Shown: positions 35,573 through 45,142 of the stretch, piece after piece
Layout: every line of letters begins with the position of its first letter
How positions within the stretch are numbered: position 1 is the stretch's first letter
Virus record (IMG/VR): IMGVR_UViG_3300044568_002560
Source of the DNA: an uncultured virus (IMG/VR IMGVR_UViG_3300044568_002560)
Lineage: Duplodnaviria > Heunggongvirae > Uroviricota > Caudoviricetes > Ackermannviridae
DNA length: 56,667 nt
Reading direction: 5' to 3' (one strand)
Notes under the pieces: model-generated
Told to the model about the DNA's origin: nothing
The model's input: the letters and a program-made list of their open reading frames with translations, nothing else
Database searches by the model: none
Program-made: the position numbers and the translations under genes

Positions 35573-36057
35573 TGCACCACGATTTCCGCTCATATCTGAC
35601 TGAACTGTACGACAAGCCGTTTCGGGTTGTGAAAAAGGTGGAAGCCCCCGATCACGCTGCGTACCACTACACAGACGGTGACGAAGCCGATCCCAAAGCA
35701 GACTACTTGGTTATAAACTTTGGGTACATTCAGCCACAAGACGAAGGTTGGGACATGGATTTTACACGCGGTGGTTCTACTGCACTCACAGGTGAAGGCA
35801 AGGCTACACAGGTGTTTGCAACAGTCATGGACGGGTTCAAACGATTTGTTAAACGCTACGCTCCAAAAACGGTTTCATTCACCGCAGCCAAATCAGAAGT
35901 AAACGCAAAAACATATTCGTACAGTTCAGGCTCGCGTGTAAAACTGTACAACTCGCTTATCAAGCGATACGCTGCACAAGCAGGATACCGTCTTGAGTCA
36001 ACAAAATCCTTGGGCATGGGGCGTGAACTGTTTGTGTTGGAGCGAATTGCCCAATGA
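35572..36057 (+). CDS. Putative internal virion protein
   Basis: DFRSYLTE; TGEG..QVFATV...SRVKLY. Confidence 0.7.
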   Translation: MHHDFRSYLTELYDKPFRVVKKVEAPDHAAYHYTDGDEADPKADYLVINFGYIQPQDEGWDMDFTRGGSTALTGEGKATQVFATVMDGFKRFVKRYAPKTVSFTAAKSEVNAKTYSYSSGSRVKLYNSLIKRYAAQAGYRLESTKSLGMGRELFVLERIAQ

Positions 36058-37004
36058 GCCGTCTACAGTTCAAATCGTATCTGACCGAAGCGTTTACTCG
36101 CCCTGCACCGTGGCTAGAACTCACCAAGCCCACAATATGGGGTCGGGTTGGCAAGTACGAAGACTTGATGCACCACAGGTACTTTGCAGTTAGCCGCAAC
36201 GAAGGCTTGGACACCGAGATTGGTGTTGACAAGGGAAACGCAGGCAGAAAATACCACAGCGGCTACGGTGTTCCTGTACAAAGCGGTGAGCAGATGGACA
36301 AGTGGGTACAGGAAAAGGTTTCGCCGCTTCTGATTCCCCAAGGCATGTTATACTTGCCCAGTATTCAAGCCCACATTTTCCGTGTGTCGTTTGGGCACGC
36401 ATTTGTGTGGGGCGAGAACAAGGGCAGCGAAATTCGTCCACTCGTGACAGCAGACGGTAAACGGATATACGAATTGTCTTTTGCCCGTCTAGCGTTTCCT
36501 GTCCATTTGGACAAGATAAGCGGACACTACTACTGGTCAGACGAACACATTGCGGACTGGAACACTAGTAACGATTTTGTGGACAACGATGTGGGCGACC
36601 TGAACCCACGCCAGTCCATCGGGGTGTTTGGCACGGTGATAGAGATTGCCAAAGCGTTTACCCGCCGACCTGATTTTGGTGGGCTACTGTTTGGTCGCAA
36701 GCAGGACGCTAAATCGTCTCGTGGGCGCATCTACGGTGGGCTAGCCCAACGGGTGGGTGCGTCTATTGGGCTAAAGTCCTACGAATTCCCACAGGGTGAT
36801 CGCCATTTCAGCGATATGGGCGGGCCGAGCACAGACACGGTGCTGGTGGTGAAAAGCAAAAGTATTTACGACGAGTGTGTGGCTATTGCAGACGAAGCGT
36901 CCCGAGCACAACGGGGCGTGGACTCTATGGTTGCAGGGCTACAAGCGTATGGTGCGTCGCTGAACAAGCCTAAATATAAACCCATACAACAAATCAAATA
37001 TTAA
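36054..37004 (+). CDS. Putative internal virion protein
   Basis: QFKSYLTE; GVFGTV...SRGRIY. Confidence 0.7.
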   Translation: MSRLQFKSYLTEAFTRPAPWLELTKPTIWGRVGKYEDLMHHRYFAVSRNEGLDTEIGVDKGNAGRKYHSGYGVPVQSGEQMDKWVQEKVSPLLIPQGMLYLPSIQAHIFRVSFGHAFVWGENKGSEIRPLVTADGKRIYELSFARLAFPVHLDKISGHYYWSDEHIADWNTSNDFVDNDVGDLNPRQSIGVFGTVIEIAKAFTRRPDFGGLLFGRKQDAKSSRGRIYGGLAQRVGASIGLKSYEFPQGDRHFSDMGGPSTDTVLVVKSKSIYDECVAIADEASRAQRGVDSMVAGLQAYGASLNKPKYKPIQQIKY

Positions 37005-37081
37005 ACTCCGTGGGTGACGCTACAGAAATGAATAAATAAGTAGACAAGGCAATTACTCCCCCCAATCGAAAGGACATTCCG

Positions 37082-37891
37082 ATGGCATTTACCGCAGGAT
37101 CAGTAGAACTAGCACGAGCCAACAAACTAGGCAACATTCTCGCCCACCTTTTTACCTCTCACGGTGTAAGCGGTGCAATTGGTCGCACAGGCGCACAGAT
37201 GATTGAAAAAATGGCGAGAAAACTGGGCTTTGGTATTACTGGTTTGACTACCGGTACTGGATTCCCTCCTTTTGGCACAATCTATCCGGGATTGCTACCT
37301 AATACACCAGAATTTGCCACGGAGGCTGAACTACAGAATCCCCGTGGTAGCACTCTGCCAAATGGAAATATAATTGGAGCAAATGAAGGACAAACTGTTG
37401 GTATTTTCCTAAAGAAGTTTGTTCGTAGCGGCGCAGACCATAGGGCTGTCATGTATTCCGGCATTTCATTGGGTGGAACACTAAGTCCCGGTGCAACTGG
37501 TGCAACTGCTTGGGGAATAGTTGGTGGGGTAACACTAGACACTGGAGACAGAATTAATTTCGGTGGGGCTTTCAGCAATAATGATTTTGCGGTTGTTGGT
37601 AGTCCAAGAGGATTCACTTTGGCTTCGGCAGCAACACGACAAATTGCTTTTGCATCTCCGTGGGCTGGTGCTACAAAATCCCCAGGAACTCTTTTTACCG
37701 TTGAAACAATTGGAGTAAATGCTTTTACAGGTGTTGCTGGGCCTACAGGTGGTCAGCCTAACAATACTGCTGTAGTGGCAGGAGCAACTTTTGAAAACTT
37801 CGCAAGCGGAACACAAGTAAATGCAGGATTTACCGCAATGATTTATTTCAATGCTCCTGTTAGTGGTAGCGGTACTTGGAACATAAACTGA
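37082..37891 (+). CDS. Gly/Thr-rich putative structural protein
   Basis: ATAAATA 37032-37038; many GxT motifs. Confidence 0.7.
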   Translation: MAFTAGSVELARANKLGNILAHLFTSHGVSGAIGRTGAQMIEKMARKLGFGITGLTTGTGFPPFGTIYPGLLPNTPEFATEAELQNPRGSTLPNGNIIGANEGQTVGIFLKKFVRSGADHRAVMYSGISLGGTLSPGATGATAWGIVGGVTLDTGDRINFGGAFSNNDFAVVGSPRGFTLASAATRQIAFASPWAGATKSPGTLFTVETIGVNAFTGVAGPTGGQPNNTAVVAGATFENFASGTQVNAGFTAMIYFNAPVSGSGTWNIN

Positions 37892-37898
37892 GTGGTAT

Positions 37899-38390
37899 AT
37901 GGGTGATACCGAATTTGATTTCGGTTTCACAGCGGTTGATGAAGACGAGTTAAAGGTACTTGCCCCTTCACCACCGCAACCACCACCGCAACCGGCGGTG
38001 TCAAGTGCTGCCATTTCGGCTATACAGGCTAGACTTGCAGAAATAGACGCTAAACTTGTGGCTTTCAAGCCAGCGTCTCCTGCACAACTAACCCGTGTGG
38101 AAGAAAAGATTGATCGTGTACTAAACATGGAGTTGGGGGAACTCAGTGCTTCAGTACACGCTCAAGGCGAAAACTTGAGTGCAGTTTTGGATGAGGTTGA
38201 AGAACGATCTAATGCTATGCGTGAGGACTGCAAAACCAAACTGTTGGAGTTGGAAGCCATGATACTTCCTCTACTAACTAATTTGATGAAGAACCCACAG
38301 AAAGAGTACATTCACTGGCCCAACCGTTCGGAAAAACTACAGACTCAAATTGACAGGATCACCAAACTGACACGCAGTTACGGAGCATGA
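37899..38390 (+). CDS. Conserved T4-like phage protein
   Basis: FDFGFTAVDEDEL...ILPLLTNLMKNPQKEYIHWPNR. Confidence 0.8.
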   Translation: MGDTEFDFGFTAVDEDELKVLAPSPPQPPPQPAVSSAAISAIQARLAEIDAKLVAFKPASPAQLTRVEEKIDRVLNMELGELSASVHAQGENLSAVLDEVEERSNAMREDCKTKLLELEAMILPLLTNLMKNPQKEYIHWPNRSEKLQTQIDRITKLTRSYGA

Positions 38391-38391
38391 T

Positions 38392-40251
38392 ATGAGCGAC
38401 CAATACAAGAGTCTACGCACAGTAATCCTTGAACTTCAAGCAGCACCCGTAAAAACAGGGCACAAAGAGCGAGAAGTGTGGAAGACCGCTAGTGGTCACT
38501 ACGGTGCAAAGAATCCATCTGGAACCGTGGACTACTTTGATGACGAGCAAAAAGCAAAGGTGTACTCAAAAGGACAGGGACGCGGTGGCAGCGTGGATCA
38601 CGGCACAGTTGACTCTTCTCGGGAAGTGTCACTAGATCAAGACGGGTACGCAAAAGACAAGACTGTGGATCAAAAGCAAAAACCACAGGCACAGGCTGCT
38701 GAAGCACCTGCTCCCGCTGCTGCATCTCAAGCCAAACCACAAGCAGCACCACAACAAGGCAAGCCCGCAGATCAGCCCACCAAAACCGCTAAAGATCAAC
38801 CACAGCCTGAAGAAGAGCATCCTGATGTAGCCGCAGAAGACCCACAAACAGTTTTTGATGCAGCGTTTCGTGAAGACCCTGTGGGCAGCGGAAAACTAAA
38901 ACCTGATATTCGCAAGGCTAATGTGGTAGCCAATGCTATCAAAACCGAAACCTTTGCTGGCCCACGAGACGACAGCGAATCCGTATTCGGTGACGCAAAC
39001 GCAGAAAAACAATTCACCGATGAAATGAACCACGCAGCACTTGCTGCTCTGCGTGGGCAAAAAGTGATTGACTTTGAGTTGTGTGACAAGATGTTTTCTC
39101 AAGTTGGTTTCTGCTACGACCGCAAGGGTGAAAAGACCACAAAGGGTATTGTGCGTAAAGAGATGCCGCAATTCTCTTCACAGGTTGATCCCAAGAAGCC
39201 TGATTCGCCTGCATTCAAGGCTCTCATGGCAGGCAAGGGATACACTAGTCCTGAACAAGTAACTCCCGAAGACTTGAAACTAGAAGTCAACATGGAGAAG
39301 GCGTATCAGGAAGCACTCAAAGACGCAGGCTACGAGATCAACGATCAGGAAGTGGATGCCACTTCACTCAAGCCTATTCAGGGTGAACTACTAGGCTCCA
39401 AAGTTGCAGCCATGTACGGCACACTCGTAGCCGCACAGCAAGACCCACAAAACTACGGCAAGGCTGCTGCTCGCCTGCTTGAACCCATCTATGTAAGCGA
39501 CGGCTATGTGATTGACGGGCATCACCGTTGGGCAGCACAATGTGCAGTAGATATTGCAAACGGTCAAGGCACAAATGCCAAGATGAGAACCCGAACCATT
39601 ACCAAGGGTGGCAAGGCAGTACCTATTGATGAAATTATCCAGTTCTCAAACAAGTTCCAACAGGATGCAGGACTAATGAGCCAAAGCCGCTCGGGTGCAA
39701 CTGTGGGTGAGAAGCCAAAGGAAGAAAAGAAGGAGAAGCCCATGAAAGAAGGATTCGTAGACCCCCGTTCGTCTCGTGAGCGTTTGGTTGAGTCGCTGCT
39801 TGAAGCCGTAAAGGTAAAGCGTGATCGCAACCCACAACTAGGAACCATTGGCTACGGTGTAGACACCGATGACCCTGCACGATTCGTGGGATCAAACAAA
39901 CCACTCAAGACTCGCAAGACTGATGCAATGGGCAACCTGCTTCCCAAGCCAAGCGCAAAGGGGTGGAAGGCAAGCGCAGCAGCCACAGGTAATGCCATTG
40001 AGATGGCACAGCAACTCATTGCCACCATGAACATCAAGCCCGCAGGCACAAAGTTTGAAGTGTACGGAGAGAAAAACGGTAAGCCGTATACACTCAAGGT
40101 CAAGAAGATCAAGAAGATGGGCATAGATACTTACGAGACTGCTGGTAGCCGAGAGGTTGAACTCAAAGCAGCAGGCACAGGGCTACAGGTTCTAGACAAG
40201 CGTACCCGCAAAATTGTACTAGATCGTGGCAACGACATGTTGTGGGACTAA
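38392..40251 (+). CDS. Large protein with ParB/Srx-like domain
   Basis: LKPIQGEL...IYVSDGYVIDGHHRWAA. Confidence 0.75.
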   Translation: MSDQYKSLRTVILELQAAPVKTGHKEREVWKTASGHYGAKNPSGTVDYFDDEQKAKVYSKGQGRGGSVDHGTVDSSREVSLDQDGYAKDKTVDQKQKPQAQAAEAPAPAAASQAKPQAAPQQGKPADQPTKTAKDQPQPEEEHPDVAAEDPQTVFDAAFREDPVGSGKLKPDIRKANVVANAIKTETFAGPRDDSESVFGDANAEKQFTDEMNHAALAALRGQKVIDFELCDKMFSQVGFCYDRKGEKTTKGIVRKEMPQFSSQVDPKKPDSPAFKALMAGKGYTSPEQVTPEDLKLEVNMEKAYQEALKDAGYEINDQEVDATSLKPIQGELLGSKVAAMYGTLVAAQQDPQNYGKAAARLLEPIYVSDGYVIDGHHRWAAQCAVDIANGQGTNAKMRTRTITKGGKAVPIDEIIQFSNKFQQDAGLMSQSRSGATVGEKPKEEKKEKPMKEGFVDPRSSRERLVESLLEAVKVKRDRNPQLGTIGYGVDTDDPARFVGSNKPLKTRKTDAMGNLLPKPSAKGWKASAAATGNAIEMAQQLIATMNIKPAGTKFEVYGEKNGKPYTLKVKKIKKMGIDTYETAGSREVELKAAGTGLQVLDKRTRKIVLDRGNDMLWD

Positions 40252-40252
40252 A

Positions 40253-40798
40253 ATGAAAGACTTCAAGGACTTACGAGATCACGCATTCAACTCACTTCAG
40301 AGATTATTCTTTGAAGAGTTTGATGCTGAACTCACCGAAAGCAAAATAGTTCTTGATATGCCTAATTTTGATCGTGAAGATGTGATTGCGTATCTTGACG
40401 AAGAAGGCATTGAGTGGGAAGAAAAAGACGGCGTGATTGAGATTCTTGATCCTGTGGAGCAAGCAGATATTGATGTGGAAATTGAAGCCGAAGAAGACGA
40501 AGAGATTGAAGAATCGGTTGAAGTGCAAACCGAAATGATTAACGAGGCTGCTGCTCGTCGCAAGATCGTGGTTCGTAAAGGCAAGAAGCGAATCATTTTC
40601 AAGTGCGGACCGGGCATGATGAAAAAGGGCGCAAGAGTGTGTGTGCGACGACCGGGTTCTCAACTACGCAAACTCAAGATGCGCTCCAAGCGGTCTGCTC
40701 GCAAGGCTCGTTCCAAGCGTAATGTGGCTAGAAGACGGCGTAAAATTTCTATGCGTAAACGGCTCTCGTTCGGCTTGCGTCCACGCAAGCGCAAGTAA
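40253..40798 (+). CDS. Prohead core protein (gp68-like)
   Basis: Acidic N-half ending INE; very basic C-half KIVVRKGKK..KC...SMRKRLSFGL. Confidence 0.6.
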   Translation: MKDFKDLRDHAFNSLQRLFFEEFDAELTESKIVLDMPNFDREDVIAYLDEEGIEWEEKDGVIEILDPVEQADIDVEIEAEEDEEIEESVEVQTEMINEAAARRKIVVRKGKKRIIFKCGPGMMKKGARVCVRRPGSQLRKLKMRSKRSARKARSKRNVARRRRKISMRKRLSFGLRPRKRK

Positions 40799-40815
40799 AA
40801 ACAGGAAACTACACC

Positions 40816-41634
40816 ATGATTCAATGTGACAAGACACCCAACGGTGGTCGTATACAGGTTCGCAGCAACGATTCCCAAGCGGATATTGGTTTCGTGCTTT
40901 CCGATCAAACTGAAACTCCGCTGACTCTATACATCAACGAAGAGTACGGCAGCGATCCACGCCTCACACTGGCAGTAATCGACAGTCTTGTGGAGCGTTA
41001 CGCTTCTCCTGTTGTGTGGTTCCGTACAGGCAACGCAGAGTTGCGGTATCTGCCGTACATATCAAACACAGTCTACAGGCACTCCACAGTTCACGAACAG
41101 TCGCTATTCACTCGCCCGTTCAACGACAGCAAAGCGTTTACACGAATCTATTCTCTTGCAGAAGCCATGAGCAATTACGCACTGGTTCGTTCTGTAAACG
41201 AAGAACTACAAATATTTGACAGATACGCTGTGCTGTCCAAGTTTAGGAAAGCGTTAAAACCACTGGAATTCATCACCATGAAAGAAGAGTGTGACTACAA
41301 TATACAGACCGCGTGTGTGGACGCAACCCGTAACACCATTCAGCACGGCAAGGAGAACTTGGATGCCACAGGCTCGTACTCGGCGGCTTTTCAAAAAGTG
41401 CTACACGAATTGGAAGCGAAACAGGCGAGCGGCTCGTATTCGTTTGACGCAAAAACCGCGTATCTGCGTGAAGTCGTGGTTGGAGTGTGTCTACCAGCAA
41501 TCGTCCTGTTTGGTAGCAGCAATCCATTCACACAGGCTGTGACCGAATCATTTATTCGTGGTGCTGCGGAGTACGCACGAATATCGGAAGAGTTGCTAGA
41601 AGGCTACGAAGCCGCACTCAAGTATTCAAACTAG
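40816..41634 (+). CDS. Hypothetical protein
   Basis: 272-aa ORF with SD AGGA. Confidence 0.7.
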   Translation: MIQCDKTPNGGRIQVRSNDSQADIGFVLSDQTETPLTLYINEEYGSDPRLTLAVIDSLVERYASPVVWFRTGNAELRYLPYISNTVYRHSTVHEQSLFTRPFNDSKAFTRIYSLAEAMSNYALVRSVNEELQIFDRYAVLSKFRKALKPLEFITMKEECDYNIQTACVDATRNTIQHGKENLDATGSYSAAFQKVLHELEAKQASGSYSFDAKTAYLREVVVGVCLPAIVLFGSSNPFTQAVTESFIRGAAEYARISEELLEGYEAALKYSN

Positions 41635-41691
41635 ATACTTTGTTGAATATTTCATAAATTACACACCTAGATACTATTAGGAGATTAAACT

Positions 41692-41859
41692 ATGCCAAAC
41701 ATGAGAGATATGCTGCTATGGATGCAACAGCAACAGAACAAGCCTGAATTCGCTGCTGCCAAGCGGTGGATGGAACGCAACCAAACTCCACTTCCCCAAC
41801 AGCCCAAGACTGAACCCGAAGTGGAAGCGGTTGATGAACAGCCATCTGAAGACGAATAA
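41692..41859 (+). CDS. Small hypothetical protein (55 aa)
   Basis: MPNMRDMLLWMQQQQ...; SD AGGAG; CTAGATA 41667-41673. Confidence 0.6.
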   Translation: MPNMRDMLLWMQQQQNKPEFAAAKRWMERNQTPLPQQPKTEPEVEAVDEQPSEDE

Positions 41860-41861
41860 GT

Positions 41862-42527
41862 ATGAAATCTTTTCGTCATGCTTTTGTGAATATTTCGGGG
41901 GATATAACAGCCGCAGAGGCAAACGGCTCTCGGCAGTACACAACACCCGATGGAGTTTTCCCGTCTGTGACTACTGTTACAGGATGGGCAAAGCGAAAGT
42001 TCTTCGCAAAATGGCGACGAGAGAATCCCGAAGAGTCCAAACGAATCCTGTCTCGTGGCACTCGGGTTCATGCTCTTATAGAGGACTATTTACAGAACCG
42101 TTTTGAGGCTTCGCTGCAAGAAGCCGCAGGCACGGAAGAGTTGGATATGTTCCACACCATGCAGCCGTATTTGGACTGCATTGACAACATTCGTGCGGTT
42201 GAAGTACCCCTGTGGTCAAAGAAAATTGGATTGGCAGGACGCACCGACTGTATTGCAGAATACAACGGCAACCTGTCCGTGGTGGACTTCAAGACTTCCA
42301 AGAATCCCAAGAGTGAAGACGCAATTGGTGATTATTTTACTCAAGGAGCCGCATACGCGCTCATGTGGCAAGACCTGACAGGGCAGCGAGTGGACAATAT
42401 TACAATCATCATGGGTGTAGCCAGCACAGGCGAGTGCCAAGTGTTTGAAGCCCACACCCGCGATTGGGTGGAACCCCTCGTGGACGCTATTGCACTATGG
42501 AAATCCGAACAGGTTTCTACGGTCTAA
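41862..42527 (+). CDS. Cas4-like PD-(D/E)XK exonuclease
   Basis: PSVTTV, RGTRVH, AGRTDC, VVDFKTS, QGAAYA. Confidence 0.9.
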   Translation: MKSFRHAFVNISGDITAAEANGSRQYTTPDGVFPSVTTVTGWAKRKFFAKWRRENPEESKRILSRGTRVHALIEDYLQNRFEASLQEAAGTEELDMFHTMQPYLDCIDNIRAVEVPLWSKKIGLAGRTDCIAEYNGNLSVVDFKTSKNPKSEDAIGDYFTQGAAYALMWQDLTGQRVDNITIIMGVASTGECQVFEAHTRDWVEPLVDAIALWKSEQVSTV

Positions 42528-42544
42528 ATAATGGGGTGAAACCC

Positions 42545-43762
42545 ATGAATTCCTTTATTCCCTTTCTAGCCGAATCCCTGAAAAGCACAGGGGGCAAGAA
42601 TGTACATTTAGAGCATCTTGAAGACGAAATCTTCAACAGCGGTTTTGCAGGCTTCTCAAAAGCAATGAACTCTCTGCGTGGTGTGGTGCAGTCTCTACAC
42701 GGCAATGAAACCGTGCCATACGATATTTCAGTCAAGTGGGACGGTGCGCCTGCTGTCATCATGGGCATCAACCCCGAGAACGGCAAGTTTTTTGTGGGCA
42801 CAAAGAGTGTGTTCAACAAGACACCCAAGATTAACTACACCGATGCAGACATTAATGCCAACCATCCTGCTGACGGGCTGAACGCCAAACTCAAACTGGC
42901 ACTCAAGTATTTCAAGACACTCCGCATCAAAACCATTCTGCAAGGCGATCTGCTGTTTGACAGCGAGACACGCAAGACTGAAACCATTGACGGCAAGCGG
43001 TACATTACATTCCAGCCCAACACCATCAAGTACGCGGTTGATCCGCAGTCCCATTTGGGCACACGAATCGGAGGAGCCAAGATTGGTATTGTGTTCCACA
43101 CCGAATACGGTGGTGACAGCATGGCTGATCTGCGTGTTGTGCGGTTCAACCCTTCACTTGAAGGACTAGCCAAAAGCAAAACCGTATGGTACGACAACGC
43201 CACCTACCGATTCTCTCGTGGTGACGGCTTGTTTACCACCAAAGATATTGCACACATCAATACCCAAATAGACGATATTATTCGTGAGGGTATTGGGTTG
43301 CGAGCAGTAATGAACGGGCTAGCCAAAAACACAGCAGTTGTAGCCGAGATCAAGATGTATTTCAACAGCATTATCCGTAGCGGCCGCGAACTAGGCGATA
43401 CCAATGAACTGCTAACATTCCTGTCTGCTAAAGTGGATGCCAAGCGTAAAGAACGAAAAACCAAAGTTCCTGCCAAAACACCAACCCCAACACTGGATTA
43501 TGTGCGTAACAACCGCAACCAAATCAATCGGCTGTTCACGCTACATAATCGTGTAGCACAGATCAAGAAGTATGTGCTAGGCAAATTGGGAACCCTGTCC
43601 ACAGAGTTTGGAACATTTGTGCAGAAGGGTGACAAGTATGTGGCAACAGTTCCCGAAGGGTTTGTTGCAATAGATCGTTTGAGTAACGATGCGGTGAAAT
43701 TAGTTGATCGCATTGAGTTTTCAAAGGCTAACTTCACGATTTCCAAATCGTGGAAACAGTAA
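42545..43762 (+). CDS. DUF6267-type ligase-like nucleotidyltransferase
   Basis: KNVHLEHLED, VKWDGAPA, QGDLLF, EGFV, VKLVDRIEFS. Confidence 0.8.
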   Translation: MNSFIPFLAESLKSTGGKNVHLEHLEDEIFNSGFAGFSKAMNSLRGVVQSLHGNETVPYDISVKWDGAPAVIMGINPENGKFFVGTKSVFNKTPKINYTDADINANHPADGLNAKLKLALKYFKTLRIKTILQGDLLFDSETRKTETIDGKRYITFQPNTIKYAVDPQSHLGTRIGGAKIGIVFHTEYGGDSMADLRVVRFNPSLEGLAKSKTVWYDNATYRFSRGDGLFTTKDIAHINTQIDDIIREGIGLRAVMNGLAKNTAVVAEIKMYFNSIIRSGRELGDTNELLTFLSAKVDAKRKERKTKVPAKTPTPTLDYVRNNRNQINRLFTLHNRVAQIKKYVLGKLGTLSTEFGTFVQKGDKYVATVPEGFVAIDRLSNDAVKLVDRIEFSKANFTISKSWKQ

Positions 43763-43804
43763 AGAGTTGGTGCACCGCAAGTGCATTACGGGAGGTGATC
43801 TAAA

Positions 43805-45088
43805 GTGGCTAAATCTATAAAGGATACACGACGAAGCAAAACTATTGTAGTTGCTTTCGGTCGTTTTCAGCCACCAACTTCGGGACACCAACTCCTTTTC
43901 AACAAGGTGGTAGACACGGCACACAAAATGGGAGCAGATCACGCGATTGGGTTTAGTCGCAGTCACGATCCCAAAAAGAATCCGTTGTCGCCATCTCGTA
44001 AATATTTTTGGTTGAAACGCCTATTCCCGGGAGTACATTTTTTAAACTCTGAAAAGATAAAGACCCCATTTGATCTGCTGTACACGCTTGCAGAGATGGG
44101 GTACGAGCATGTGGTGTTTGTGGGTGGCGAAGATCGCAGCGAAGACTACGATGACAAAAACATCCGTAAACTAATGAAGCACTCTGATCCTAAACGCCGA
44201 CTAAAACTAAAGCGTTACGATTTCGTCATGGCAGGCAAGCGTGATCCCAAAGCAACAGGTGTGCAGGGCATGAGTGCCAGCAAGATGCGAGCCGCTGCCG
44301 AACAAGACAACAAGAAATCGTTTGCACAAGGAATGCCGTCTGCTGCGAGTCGTGACGATACTGTTCGCCTGTTTGATGAACTACAGCGTGGAATGCGTAA
44401 GGGCATGAAAGAAGAGTTTGACTTTACTGAACTGTACCATACCGCTGCTGCCAATATTATTGAAAGCGACAAGAACAAGCGTCGCCCACCCACACCCGGT
44501 CAGACAGGTGGATTCTCCAAGCACAACACACAGTTCCCAACCCCACCGTGCAAGATTGACGAAGACTTGGGTGATTGGTTCAAGCAGAAGTGGGTAAACA
44601 TTGGTGGCAAGCGTGATCCAAAAACTGGAGAGTACCCCCCGTGTGGTCGCAAGAGTGCCAGCGAAGGCGGTTCGTACCCCAAGTGCCGACCTATGCGTAA
44701 GGTGGGCAAGACTCCTGAAACTGTGGGCGAGATGTCACCCAAGGAACGCAAGGCTGCTGTGTCACAAAAGCGACGAGCAGAATCCAAAGCGTCCAAGAGC
44801 GGCAAGGGCAACAAGCCTGTAATGACCAGCCACAAGTCTTTAGAAGAGGACTCGTCGTGCCCACGCACTCCGCAAAACAATGCTGAAAACACATGGGTAG
44901 CAGTAAAGGGCGGCAAGGTATATTTTTATATTGGTCGGTGCAGCCAGCCGTATCAAATATTCGGCAACGACGCAGTTTCAGCCATCCGTTACGGGGAAGA
45001 AATCTATGTAACACTCCGTAACGGCAAAACCGCTATTTACCGAATAAACAACGGGCGAACGGTTTACGGTCCCGTCCGCATGACCTGA
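43805..45088 (+). CDS. Cytidyltransferase-like protein with appended DUF5872-like module
   Basis: FGRFQPPTSGH, SASKMR; LGDWFKQKWV...PCGR...YPKCRP; extended SD GGAGGTGATC. Confidence 0.85.
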   Translation: MAKSIKDTRRSKTIVVAFGRFQPPTSGHQLLFNKVVDTAHKMGADHAIGFSRSHDPKKNPLSPSRKYFWLKRLFPGVHFLNSEKIKTPFDLLYTLAEMGYEHVVFVGGEDRSEDYDDKNIRKLMKHSDPKRRLKLKRYDFVMAGKRDPKATGVQGMSASKMRAAAEQDNKKSFAQGMPSAASRDDTVRLFDELQRGMRKGMKEEFDFTELYHTAAANIIESDKNKRRPPTPGQTGGFSKHNTQFPTPPCKIDEDLGDWFKQKWVNIGGKRDPKTGEYPPCGRKSASEGGSYPKCRPMRKVGKTPETVGEMSPKERKAAVSQKRRAESKASKSGKGNKPVMTSHKSLEEDSSCPRTPQNNAENTWVAVKGGKVYFYIGRCSQPYQIFGNDAVSAIRYGEEIYVTLRNGKTAIYRINNGRTVYGPVRMT

Positions 45089-45142
45089 CAGGAATATTTC
45101 ACAGCCTAAATACTGAAAACACATTTACAAGGAATTCCACTC

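Noticed and set aside
41862..42527. CRISPR-Cas system (Cas4)
   Set aside because: Stand-alone phage exonuclease; no cas1/cas2 and no repeat-spacer array seen
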